The notes beneath the pieces are model-generated. The model saw nothing but the letters and a program-made list of their open reading frames with translations, did not search any database and had not been told where the DNA came from. From Zygnema circumcarinatum SAG 698-1b (Eukaryota; Plantae; Zygnematophyceae): 64,000 nucleotides of DNA. Each line of letters begins with the position of its first letter. Within the stretch, counting starts at the first letter, position 1. The position numbers and the translations under genes were made by a program. Location: the NCBI GenBank assembly GCA_037447605.1, contig CM074805.1:3381361-3445360 (forward strand), read 5' to 3'. Below are positions 22,580-34,735 of the stretch, piece after piece.

Positions 22580-23291
22580 TCATTGGATGGGGCAGGTGCG
22601 TGGGTACTTGTGTGCTACCCAATGCCCTCCCGATCAATGGGTGAACTTTGCTTCACCCGCTTTGAGGGGCGTGGCATGGAGTGTCTATGCCGGCCGCAAG
22701 GTGCTAATCGGAATTGACTTTGAGAAGTTTGAGTCGGAACTTCTCAAACACTTTGGAATCTTGGATCCCAGTGCTGCTGCACGGGACAGGTTCCAGTCGC
22801 TCATGCAGACTAGAAGCGTGGCTGAATTCCTACGGGAATTGCGTGGGGCTTGGGCTTCAATTACCAAGTTCCCACCTGGACCCCAAGAATTCTTCTTTCG
22901 GTTCAGTCATGGCTTGAAGCCGTACGTTCGGAGACGGCTTCGGCTGAATCCTCGTACCTTGGAACCTTGGGGGCCTCTGGATGATGGGCTGATGTATGCA
23001 GCTGCCGTCCAAACCGACGCTCTGCCTACAGATGGTGCAAGGCCTTCCCGTCCCCCGCGCGCAGACACAATGGACCAACCGTGGAAAACTGTTGCGCCAG
23101 GCGGCCATCCAAAGGGGAACGGCAAGAGGAAGGCAACTTCCTCTACTCATCAGCAGTTTCAGCGGCCGCTGACGCCGAAACTGGCTCCACAGGAGATGGA
23201 GGCTTTGAGAGCGGAGAACAAGTGTTTCCGCTGCAGGAAGGTGGGGCATAGGTCTTACGACTGCCCATCTTTCAAGAAGGATAGACTCTGA
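22580..23291 (+). pseudogene. gag: Gag fragment of a second Gypsy group-A subfamily
   Basis: Homologous to 5315-6118 (WMGQVRGYL..QWVNFA..; CFRCRKVGHRSYDC). Confidence 0.85.
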
Positions 23292-23308
23292 GACTCTTTC
23301 AATTGGAC

Positions 23309-23548
23309 CTCCACTTCCCTTCTTCTCTTCTTCATTGCGCCCGCCGGGGCGTGCGCTTGTTTCCCCCCCCCCCGCATGTGCTACAGATGTAGCGTAGTGG
23401 AGCTGCGCTCGACGGATCCGCGTCTGTTCAGTTGTACTTGATATATGCCTCTTCAGAATCACGGATCAGCAGAATCTAAGAGCTGCCAACGGAGGATGCG
23501 AGAAGGCAGTACCATGTGTTGGCGGCCCACGGAACAGCACACCATCCA
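23309..23548 (+). mobile_element. Family B 3' region end plus LTR start (TGTAGC at 23388)
   Basis: Reverse complement of ~660-895 with a few substitutions. Confidence 0.75.
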
Positions 23549-23838
23549 NNNNNNNNNNGATAGATGGGATGTCAGTGATGCTAGTTTGTCTTTTAGTGCT
23601 GGGCTTAGTATTTGTATTTGCTGTGTGGTTTGTTGTCCTGTTCTTCTTTTCTTCCTCTCAAGCTNNNNNNNNNNACGGGCTCGAAGCTTTTTGGTTTGCT
23701 GCCTCAGTAAACGCTAAGGCGTGCTTCATGTACTGTATGCGGTTTGCCACGATACGATACGGTACGATAAGGTGCGATATGATAGCAAACGACACGATAC
23801 GATACGATACATACGGACATACATGAACTCTAACATAT

Positions 23839-24456
23839 TGTTGGTGTGAGGGGGCAGGAGAGACTAATGGAAGGATAAAACATGCTTGAGTGAACACTCC
23901 AAAACTTCTTCCACATCTACTTAGGCCACATACCGCATCCGCCACAGTATGCCTTCTCTTCCTCCCCTCACCAGGTGCGCACAGCGGAAAACAAAACGCG
24001 CCACCTACAAGAACACTTCTTCATCTCCTCCATGGTCTTGGCTCCTTCAGCTCCACGCTCCTCCAATGGTCTCTACGTGTGATGCGACACACCGCCCATA
24101 CAATGGTCGCCTCCACTCATCCATCACTCCAATCCAACACAAGGACTCACATGTGACAAATGACACAAGTATAAGGAGAAAGCCCTCGGCCCTAAAACTC
24201 CTTAACATTCATAAGTGTAATACAAGCTCTCTTAGGAAATCTACATATAACCTTATGCCCGATTCTCCTCCTCTCATGAGCACTACCCTATCCACTGATA
24301 GGCAGCTTACACCCCGACTGCAGTAGCTAAGCACTATATGCTTGCTTGAACTTCTCCTCTACCTCAACACGAGAGGGACACATCTCTAACTCTTTCACTA
24401 GAGTTAACCATGATGAGAGACAGTTCTTTCACGACCTCCTACACAAGGCCGGACTC
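23839..24456 (-). mobile_element. 3' part of Copia-type LTR family D, inserted in a (GATAC)n-family repeat
   Basis: Reverse complement of 13940-14210 plus 15246-15580. Confidence 0.85.
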
Positions 24457-24466
24457 NNNNNNNNNN

Positions 24467-24804
24467 CGGCGCGCGCCGCGGAATGCGGTGAGCGTTCGTA
24501 CGTTGTACACCTCTGACCCATTCGGGTCAGAGAGGGACACATGGCAGTCTGCCATTGGACAGCCTTGCTTCCAATCTTCCATGCTGGTAGGAGGTTCAAC
24601 GGGGGAAGCGTAAAGGGGCGTGGGTGACTGTCGTCACCCAACCAACGTACCGGCATTCGGTTGCACCCCTGCCCAGGGCTGCGCCACCCTCGGAAGCTCT
24701 CTCTCTCTCTCTCCCTCTCTCACTTTCTTGATTCAGACGCTGAGTGCAGGCTGAGGGAGATTACGCGCACGACCGAGGAGGGGTTAGCCCCGCGGTCCGT
24801 TACA
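24467..24804 (+). mobile_element. 3' part of a Gypsy group-A LTR inserted in the family B 3' region
   Basis: Similar to 4340-4590; ends CCGTTACA. Confidence 0.7.
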
Positions 24805-27800
24805 GACAGAATCCGAGAGGGAAGGAGGAAGTGGCGTAGACAATGATGATGGGGACGGAGGCAGCGGTGGGCGAGACGGTGGCCGTGGGGAGAAGCTCCC
24901 GCGTACATTCGTCAATGGGGAGGAGTGGCATGACCGCTCTGCGAAAGCGCTGCCTGGGGCCCTGGAAGGAGTAGAGAGTCTGGAGTGTCCACAACGGAAG
25001 GAGGTGAAAGGAACTGGGGCTGCAGAGCAGAACGTTAGGTAGAGGAACAGAAAGGGGATGCGGTGGAAGTGGGGCAAGGGAAGTGGATGGAGCAAGAGGG
25101 AGAGGACTGTAGTTGGAGGAGAAGAGGAGAGCAACTGAGGTGGGGAGAGGAGGCTAGACTAAGGAATGCGGAGATTCAGAGTTGATGCGATGCTGCAAGG
25201 ATGGAAGGCNNNNNNNNNNATCATCATCAACAGAGAAGTTCCGAGCGCGGCGGAGCAGCCGAGCCCTCTCAGTATCCGTGATAAAAGGAGGCAATGTTCG
25301 AGTCATGACGTAACGCAGAAGAGAGGAGTCAGAATGAACATCATTGGCACTAGGGAAATGGGGAGGAAGAAAGGGAGCGTCGCCGTCGTCATCCATGAGG
25401 AGCTCCCAAGGATCCGCGTGAGGATGGCCGTGGGTGAAGTCAGAGTCCTGCCAGCGATGGAGGGTGGTGGCCGTGGCAGGAATATCAATCAGCCCATCCG
25501 CGAAAATGACATCATGCAGAGCTTGATCGGCAATGAAAATCTCGATGGGAAGATGCTCAGGGTTCAAAAGGGTGGGTGGCGGAATGGGTTCAGGAACGGC
25601 CGGATCGTGACAGAGAAGTGGAGCCGAAGGATTTCGACTGAGGCCGTCTGCATTGCCGTGACTCCGTCTGGGACGGTGAGTGACTTTGAGGACATTATAC
25701 TCCTCTAACTTCATCACCCAATGTGCAAACTTGGGACGTAGAGTAGCCATAATGTGCAGCCAAGTGAGTGGCATATGGTCAGTCCGAATGACAATGGGCT
25801 GGTAAGCTGTAAAGAGCTTAAACTTCTCAAGTGCCCGGGGAGCCAGCCCGTTGCCTCACCTTGATGGGGCTGTACCCAGTCACCGATTGTCGGTCAAACC
25901 TGCTAGCATAACAAGCGAGGTGTTCAGCATCGAAGAATGCTTGGTGGCCCACCGCCCCAAAAGCGTCGACTCGATCGTCGATAATTGTGGGCAAGGTGGG
26001 TCGAATTGATCACGGTTTAAGGAGCATGAAGGAGGGCACTCTTGAGCGCATGGAAGGACAAATCCTGCGCTCTGCTCCATTCATAGTCGACTCCATGCTT
26101 TTCCAAGGCATGCAGGGGGCGCGCGATAAGGGCATAACCCTTTATGAACCGGCGATAGAATGAGGTGAGCCCCAAGAAGGATTTGAGCTGAGTGAGGTTT
26201 TGTGGAACTGGCATAAGGTCGATGTCGCCTCAATTTTTAGAGGATGGCTTGACCCATTGATCTTAGAGCGATGTCTAGATGAGTGATTTCTTGATGGCCC
26301 CATTTGCACTTCTTGGGAGCAATCTTCAGCCGAGCACTGATGAGTTGTTGCAATACTTGGTCAATGTGCTGCAGATGGGAGGACCAATCCTTGCTGTGGA
26401 GGGAAGCATCATCCACGTATGGTTCGCAGAAGGCGCGACAGGGACCGAAAACCTGGTTGGCCAGGCGTTGGTGAGTTTGGCTAGAATTCTTGAGCCCAAA
26501 GGGAAGCACTGTCCACTACACGAATCGTGTGGCCGTGCAAAGACCTGTTTTGCAGTGATCAGCCTGTCGCAAAGGGATTTGCCAGAAGGACTTCTGCATA
26601 TCCAGTGCAGAGAACCACTGGTCATCAGGAGAAACGCCATGGAGGATAAGGTCCACATCCGGCAACGTATATGGATCCCACTTCGTCACTGCGTTCAATT
26701 TCCGATAGTCTCCACAGAAGCAAAGGGTGCCATCTGGCTTTGGTGGCAAAACAGCCGGACTGGCCCAGGGACCTTCTCCGGGTTCCATCAATCCGGCAGC
26801 AACATTCTCATCAATTTGTCTTTCGACATCGGCTTGCTGAGCAGCGGAAAAGCGATAAGGGGTCATGGTCATCACTGGAGGGGAATCCCCCGTATCGATG
26901 TGATGTTCAATCAGGTGGGTCTTTCCGATGTCCAATGAATGGCGTGCAAAAACTAGGTGATTCGCGGCCTTAAAACTTTATGCTTAATTGAGAATGCTTG
27001 GTGTGTGAGAGAAATCTTGCTAGCCCCAATAGCATCGACCCTCTATCTCCGACCACTCTTCATGCTTGATGGTCTTGTGGTAGGGGAAGCTGGAGTGCGA
27101 CTATCGCAGAGCGGCAAAGATGTACATTACTGGCGCCGCGAGAGGGGGCACGGACCGGAGGAAGCGAGGTGGGAGTCTCTTCCTCAGTATCAGAATTGGC
27201 AGAACCATAGGAAGAATGGGGACTGCCGGCAGCATGATACATGTTGATCTCTGCGTAGGATACCTGCGCCGTGGCGTGTCGTTTGGGGAAGGCGGAGGTG
27301 GCAAGGGACTCAAGTATGATGGGGAAGGAGCAATCTGTCCCTCCAGCAGATAAGTGCAGCTGACACGTAGAAAAGTCAATTTGTGCCCCCATTGCAATGA
27401 GCCAATCTGAGCCAAGCAGGATAGAATAATGCTCAGCGGCAGTGATGACCGCATTCACTGTTGCTCCCATCTCTCCAAGGCTGATGATCACCTATGCACT
27501 GCCCAAACCTTCATGCAGACTACCCTCAACCCCCACATATCTGGGGATGGGTTCGAGTGTTTTGTCCAACTTGACACCTGTAGCCTTCATCACTGGTTTA
27601 GACAGAACTGTGCGCATAGCTCCAGTGTCTATCATGGCCTTGCTAGGATGGCCATTCAGCCATACATTGACAATGATGCGCACGTTGGGCGTTGGGATCA
27701 GAGGGAGGACATGAATCTGGCGAGGAGGCTGGCGGGGAGAGCGAACGGGGTCTAGAAGAGGCGCAGTGGCCATGTGGTGTATATCTGCAGGCGAGGGGAT

Positions 27801-29451
27801 GCCCGGAGGAGGTGCCATGGGAACCGTGGGAGGCTGCAGAGTGGCCTCTGCACTGTCGGCCAGCTTACAAACTACAGCAGCAGCACCTGGAACCAGCTGC
27901 ATCAACTGTGACAAGGTAATTCCGATCTTAGCCTTGTCCCCCATAAGCTGATGAACCATGCGTTCAATCAGGGATAGGCCATCTGTCGGGGGAGGTGGGC
28001 GGCGATTGGCTGCTTGGGGATAAAAACGGGCCGCCCGAGGGCAATGGGGAGGATTCACGTGCATGTCCTCTGTCGCTGGCGCCGTCGGCTCTGGCTGTGC
28101 CGCTGTCGGCGCCTCCTCAGTGAAATCGTCAGTCTCCTCCTCAGGCATGGAACCCAAGGGATGACCTGTGGAAGGAGGGAGGACGAAAGTTCTCCTGACA
28201 GGGGGGGTAACCGGTGGAGTAGTGCCAGAGGAGCTGGCGCCGTTGACATTGGCAGGGAGGAATGGCAGGGGATGCGAATGAGGATCACTCTGGTTCACCG
28301 GGAGCCTGCGCAAGGCCGTTGCAATCTGTGCGATACAGGCTTGAGCACCCTCCTCATAATTGATGGGGGATTCAGACCAAGTCGGTTGCAATGCTGCGGC
28401 AATCGGCGCAATGCGTGCGCGGGCAGCCAGATCGGACTCGGCCCCTAAGGCGTTTGTCAAGGAAGGGGACTCCATAGGATGCAGATGGATCGGCGGACGT
28501 TGCAGGATGGTATAAGAGGGTGAAGGAGGTGGATGAGGGCGAAAGGGGGGAGGAGTTCTCGATGGTGTGTGAGTAGTCGGGAGCATGTCCATGAAAGTGA
28601 TCTCACGCAAGAGGCTCCCTACGGTACATCCTTCCCCTTTAGGGCTTTCTCACTTTGGAGAGTCTCCGCGCATGCATACCGCGAGGGCATCATGTCGTGT
28701 CGGCACAAAGTCGCGAGGTCCATGGCCTGGCGCGGCCTCGGTTATGATTGCGTGCCCGCGAGGCAAGGCCAGACCCCTGCGGAACCCATACGTCATCGGC
28801 CAGCAAATGCGGCCACGGCAGCCTCTCTCTTAGGAGTCGCGATGGGATAAGGACCCCGATAACCTGGACGAGCCACGTCGGGAATGTGAGGATTCACTGA
28901 AGGTTCAATGGGATGCGCAGGATCGTGAGGGTATGGAGAAGGGGGAAGGGGCTTGATAGTGCTGGCTATAGCCAGAGGCTGCACTACAGGGGCTGCCCGG
29001 ACGTCCTGAGCAGGGATGCCGGGGAAAGACGTCTTGTTCCTGGAAGCTGCAGCGTAAGGATCATACAGCTGCTGATTCTGGGTCTTCAGGAATTGCTGAT
29101 ATAGTCGATCCTGACGTGGATCAGTAGCATTCATGTAGTGTGGACGGACATGTCGGTTGCCTCTCTCTTGATCTTTCTGAATTCGCTCTGCCCTTTCTAA
29201 CAAAGCCTGGGCATCTGCTGGTGGGTTGTCGCGCAGCTCACGATCAAGGTGAAGATCTTTCTCGCTGATGGCCTTGCGGAACCACTNNNNNNNNNNGTGT
29301 GCTGTTCCGTGGGCCGCCAACACATGGTACTGCCTTCTCGCATCCTCCGTTGGCAGCTCCTGGATTCTGCTGATCCGTGATTCTGAAGAGGCATATATCA
29401 AGTACAACTGAACTGACGCGGATCCGTCGAGCGCAGCTCCACTACGCTACA
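24805..29451 (-). mobile_element. pol: Gypsy family B element: 5' LTR start (29451), gag, protease, RT, RNase H (multiple frameshifts), 3' region
   Basis: AMIDTGAMRTVL (PR); GPWASPAVL..KPDGTLCFCGDYRKLN; LPFGLKN..YVDD; NLTQLKSFLGLTSFYRRFIKGY; HRPRRSHGNADGLSR. No chromodomain seen. Confidence 0.9.
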
Positions 29452-29800
29452 GGACGCACTTTTGAAGGTGGAAAATATGACAGGGTCCTACTGTTACTGT
29501 ACAGTAGTACGAATAGTACGGCTAACACCAAGTTACCGTACCAAAAGGTGGTTTCGGTAAAATCGAGGCGAATTTCTTGAGGACGCACTCCTTAAGGAGG
29601 TAAATACGAGGACCCCCTACTGTATGTTATGTTACGCCGTTATGTTATGTTGACATATCTATGCGTTGCGATATGACACGATACGATACGATGCTAGACG
29701 ATACAGTGCGATACGATACGCTATGGTACGGTACTATACGTACGGTCCAACATGAACTCTAACATAATACCACCCGTCTATTGGTAACACGAACCTTATA
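29452..29800. repeat. Fragments of the CAGTA-TIR MITE (two ~130-bp units, inverted) plus a (GATAC)n-family terminus
   Basis: 29452-29622 is the reverse complement of 32560-32810-type units; 29660-29795 matches 33100-33242. Confidence 0.7.
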
Positions 29801-30009
29801 ATTAACCTATTAACCTTGTAATGACATATTGTTCCCTCCTACATTCCCCAAAGAAATGCAAGGACCACACGCCTTCCTTTGAAGCATGACAAGCACCCAT
29901 TTACTCACCTTTTGTACTCGAAAATGCCACCGAGTCCTGTAGTTTGGAGCTCCACGAAATTGCTCCACCTCCATCTAGGAGGGGTGTGTCCCTGATTGCA
30001 ATTGAGAGG

Positions 30010-32511
30010 CTCCTCTTTGCTGCCGCTACATCAAACGACATTTTTGGAGTGGCCAATGGTGGTCAACCCAATCTTTTGGACCAATACTGTGCTAACGAAG
30101 TTAGCATCAGCACTTGTGTCTAGCAATATAACCGCTAGTTGGCCGTCAATGAACCCCTGAAAGGTCATTTCACGGTGGGCAAGGTGGAAGATCGACCGCA
30201 AAACATGCGGGGGATGAGGACAAGCAGTCCTCCACGCTAAAGTGTGGGGTGACCCAACCAACTCACTAGCGGGCCCTTCCACCCATTGCATCATGTGGTG
30301 TCTTTTTCTCCAGGTTTTAACTAACCTGGAGTCCAATTAGTCTGGGTGAACGTCTTAATGGCCAAGTGCTGGAGAACCAGCACATACAAGGCAGAGATAT
30401 GCTCAGAGATGCGCAATAAACACAAAGCATCCAACGCACATTCTACAAGATCAACATCACCCATGGGATTGAGAATCTAGACAACCATCGGCCATGCAAC
30501 ACAACATACAAGAATGATAAAGGAGTCACAAGTAAGGCAAGGGAGAATGGGATAGGATCTAGACATGTAGGACAAGCAATCACAACCATATCATTCCCAT
30601 CAAACTGTCTGCCCATCACTTTAAGAATGTCCATAGTCCTTGGAAAAAGTAAACTTTTATCTATGATGTCAGCAGCTCTATCCCTTAGCCTATGCCTCCC
30701 ACCCGCACCGACTCTCAAATTGCTGGTGGGGGTCCATTTTCCGGCCCCTTGCCCTTTTGGTCCTTGTTGCGTAACGGGCATTTAAAGGACTTGTGGCCCT
30801 CTTGGCGGCACCGGAAACAACGGTTTTCATTTCGCATTCTCTCCGTCTCCTCCGGAGTTAGTTTCTGTATTTTTGCAGGCGGCTGAGGGTTGAAAGTTGC
30901 CGAGTTCTTCCTTTTGCCGTGATCCTTCCCTTTGGGTTTTGCGAATGGAGGGGGCGCCTCCGCCACTTGCGGAGTCAACTTCTGAACCTTTCCACCTGAG
31001 GAAGAAGCCGGCGTATCCCCGTGGTTCTTTCTCATCATCCCACCTCCATTCTTTTGACAAGGTTGCTGGTTAGGTTCGCTACAACCCAGAGTGTTGCTTG
31101 TGGGCAAAGGTTGTCCGCGATCTGACACAGGGGGCATAACAATGTCATGCATGTCTGCCTGGACTGCTGCATTGTAAAAGAGCTCAGCATCCTCAGCGGT
31201 CCAGGACTCGGAGGTGGCGGGATTCAATTGCAAGCGATCTTGCAGGTGGGGCTTCAATCCAAGCCATATATGGTAGAACTGATCAGAGGGAGAAGGTTTA
31301 TCCCTCGTGATGAGAGACACAGTCTGCCGTATAGCTCGAATAAATTCCAATACGCTACCAGTCTGTCTCAGAGTGTAGTACTTTTTGCGAGCTTCAAGGC
31401 TTGGGTCTACCACACCAAAGTGCCGACAGAGCTCTGCACAAAAGAGCGACCAGTTCGTGCCAATCTTTTCTTGCAAGCCTTTAAAGATATTAAAGGCTTG
31501 CCCTTGGAGAGCAAGATAGGCAAAATTAACCCAAACATCAGGTGGGCAGTTGGTGGCACGGAGGTATCCTTCTGCCTGACCCAACCACTGCTCTATGGGG
31601 CAGTCACCCTTCACTCCTTCCCACTTATCAATAGGTGCCACCTTGGACCTATTTCTCAAGTTCCAGTCAGAAGGTGGCACAAGAGGTGCCATCCTCCCGT
31701 GGGAAGATCCCTCACCAGCAGTAGTGTCTCCTGCAGGAATACCACCAGGTGATGGTCCACCCCCAGCTAAGCTGCCCCGGGCAGGGCCAGGCTCAAACCC
31801 TGGGGGGTTAGGTAATGCACAGCTTCCTCCTTCAGCAGAAGGTTGGCCATCATGCTTGCTGCCTCCTACAACAACAGGGTGGGTTGCAGGGACTACCTGG
31901 GCAGTAGCTGCAGCAACTGCAGCAGTCCTCCCAGCAGTCGCTGCTGACCCAGACCTCTGGCCACTGGCTCCACCAGAGGCCGGAAAGGGCTTCAGCATTT
32001 GGCGTATTTCCTCACGGAATTGCGCCATCTTTTCCCGCATCCGATCTGTCTGGGTGCTGGCGTGACGAACCAGGGCCAAAGCCTTTTTAAGCTCCATCTC
32101 TGTGCGCCTGGTCTGCTCGTGCAGACGATCGAATGAGACCCGTAATTTGCGGGCCTCTTCTCCACTCATGGGTTCAGTTGAGGCTGGTGGCAGAGGCTGC
32201 TCCTCAGCCTCTGCCACTGCTACTGCTGCATCAATTCCCCCCATGGCCTGCGGAATTGCGGCCTGATACCAAATGTAGCAAGCAGGAGCTCTTCCCCTTT
32301 CCCTTGTTCTCTGCTCTGTAGTGCTGGTTTCTAGCAGCCCCCTCTGTGTGCCAATGCCCCTCACGCTCCCCCCGTCGAACCCTTTACCAGCGTTAAGGTC
32401 TGGGAGCAGGGCCAGCCACTGGCATGATGCCACGTGGCAGAGGTTCACCTCAGACATCTGTCATCTGCCGCTTTCAGACGGCGCGCGCGACGCGCTGATG
32501 TACGCTGTACA
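30010..32511 (-). mobile_element. gag: Third Gypsy group-A subfamily: 5' LTR (3' end at 32274), variant PBS TGGTATCAGGCC, long open gag (32244-30715), extra domain and protease, then truncated
   Basis: IEQWLGQAEGYLRATNCPP..; CFRCRQEGHKSFKC; VILLDTSADANFVS. The LTR 5' boundary is uncertain. Confidence 0.85.
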
Positions 32512-32559
32512 GGTTGAACCGTACGGTACAGTACGCCCCCAATATTTTCCACCCGAGTA

Positions 32560-33316
32560 CAGTAAGGGGCCCTCATATTTTCCACCCTCTTACAGTAATT
32601 GGCTAATTGCGTTTCCCAAGAAATTCGCGCTGATTTTGCCGAAACCACTTTTTTGTACGGTAAGTCTGTGTTAGCCTGACAGTAGGGGGTCCTCGTATTT
32701 ACCGCCCTAAGGATTGCGTCCTCAAGAAATACGCCCCGATTTTGCCGAAACCACCTTTTTGTACGGTAACTGTGTGTTAGCCGTACTGTTCGTACTTCCC
32801 GTACTAACCGTACTAGCCGTACTAGCTGTACTAGCCGTTACGGGCTTACGCAAAAGTCACCTAATCTCCCCGTACGTCCCGCCGTACGAGGCTCTCGCTC
32901 GTCTCCCGCTTCTTCTTGGCGTCGATACGATACATGACGATACGGTACGATACGAAACTCCCCGATACGGTACTATCCGTACTAGCCGTGTGAGCTGTAG
33001 TAGCCGTTACAGTACGACACGGTACGATATCGTACGGTACGATACGAAACGCCCCGATACGGTACTAGCCGTACGAGCTGAGACGAACAAAGCGGGAAAC
33101 TACGTCTATGCGTTACGATATGACACGATACGATACGATGCCAAACGATACAGTACGATACTGTACGATATAGTACGATACGATACGCACGGTCCAACAT
33201 GAACTCTAACATAATACCGCCCGTATATTGGTAACACGAACCTTATATATGCAAAATCAATATTTTTGCCTCATATTGGCCAAAACCAGGGTGGAAAAAA
33301 TGAGGACCCCCTACTG
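32560..33316. mobile_element. Non-autonomous Tc1/mariner-type element (MITE), 28-bp TIRs, TA target duplication
   Basis: TA|CAGTAAGGGGCCCTCATATTTTCCACCC ... GGGTGGAAAAAATGAGGACCCCCTACTG|TA (3 mismatches). Confidence 0.7.
32930..33242 (+). repeat. Unclassified repeat: (GATAC)n-like microsatellite followed by conserved CATGAACTCTAACATAATACCGCCCG..TTGGTAACACGAAC
   Basis: Other copies at ~23740-23838, ~29660-29795 and ~34400-34524. Confidence 0.7.
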
Positions 33317-33401
33317 TACTACTGTAATCGTACTAGCCATACTAGCCGTACTATTCGTACTATCCGTACTGTCTGTACTAGCCGTTACGGGCTTAAACAA
33401 A

Positions 33402-34329
33402 GGATAGTGATATTTCCACCCCTTTTTTGGATCCAAACACCCCTTCCCGGCCGGGCAGATTTCAAAAAGGATTAAAAACGGAAAATGGCTTTTTCACACC
33501 TTTTTGGAATCGATACCCACCTCCATCGGCAGATTTTATTTTTGCGAAACAAGGAAATAACCCGTCACTCCATTTTGAATATCCCGCCTACCTGCATTTT
33601 TTTTCACGCGTGCGATCAATCGCAGCCGTCGATTCCCTCGCAGATCGCAACACGGCAGATCACTATTTGCTCTGCAGCCGGGCTCGGTCACAGCGAATGG
33701 CAAGTGCCCACGTATCCCGCCAAACTCGACTCAAAAGTTTGTCCGTACAAATTTCGTACGGTCGCAACTTTGAGGAACCCAATATTTCGTACATTGAGAG
33801 CTTTGACCAATCAAAGTTTTCCACGTCAAAAATTTAACACGTGGCAGACTTTGATTGGCTGAGAGCTGACAATACACGAGATCTCGGGCCGAGGGACGCG
33901 CGCACTCGCACGAGCTCGTGGGCGCTTTCCATTCGCTAAGATCGAGCCCGGCTGCAGATCAAACGTTTGATCTGCAGTGGTGCGATCTGCGAGGGAAATC
34001 GACAGATGCGATTGACACGCACGTGTGAAGGACGGACACCCGCGAACGATCTCGTGGCGGACGGATCTTCCGCTCCGAGAAGATTCGGGCAGGCCGATAT
34101 TTCTTTCCCTCAAAAAAAAAATTCAGGGAGGCGGGATACAGTATTCAAAATGCGGTGACGGAGTATCATTTTCCTTGGTTAGCAAAAATAAAATCAGCCG
34201 ACGGAAGAAGGTGGGTATCGATTCCAAAAAGGTGTGAAAAAAGCATTTTCCGTTTTTAATCCCTTTTGAAATCTGCCCGGCCGGGAAGAGGTGTTTGGAT
34301 CCAAAAAAGGGGTGGAAATATCACTACCC
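33402..34329. mobile_element. Non-autonomous Mutator-like/foldback element, 928 bp, long TIRs, 8-bp TSD TAAACAAA
   Basis: GG(A/G)TAGTGATATTTCC termini. The inverted repeat extends ~300 bp. TSD at 33394-33401 and 34330-34337; the homologous empty site is at ~32845-32865. Confidence 0.85.
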
Positions 34330-34690
34330 TAAACAAAACTCACCGAATCTTTCAGCATGTGCCGCCGTAAGCACATGTGCCTCCCCTTTTTCTCGTCATC
34401 GATACGATATGAAACGATACGAAACGAAACGATATGGTACGATGCGGTACGATATGGTACGGTACATACGTACGGGCATACATGAACTCTAACATAATAC
34501 CGCCCGCCTAATGGTAACACGAACGAAAATGACGAAAATGTGGTATGATACGCCGAGGTATTATACAGGAAGGGGAAAGTTTGCGCGAAAGTTTGCGTTC
34601 TCTTCCCGAAGGGGAACTTTCATACAGTATTATTATACAGGCGTTTGATGCATACGGATCACTAGTAAGGGGCACGGTCGACGGCGACGG

Positions 34691-34735
34691 TTTCTAGGGT
34701 TTTAGGGTTTTTAGGGTTTTTAGGTGTTTTTAGGG
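34691..34735 (+). repeat. Short interstitial telomere-like array (T4-5AGGG, about 5 degenerate units)
   Basis: TTTCTAGGG TTTTAGGG TTTTTAGGG TTTTTAGGTG TTTTTAGGG. Confidence 0.7.

Noticed and set aside
28793-29407. ORF fusing LTR sequence to gag (MYLIYASSES...WFRKAI)
   Set aside because: The fusion crosses a 10-N gap and is a scaffolding artefact.
34640-34668. Possible Helitron 3' end (weak hairpin plus CTAGT)
   Set aside because: The hairpin is weak and too close to CTAG, and no matching 5' TC end or other copy is visible.
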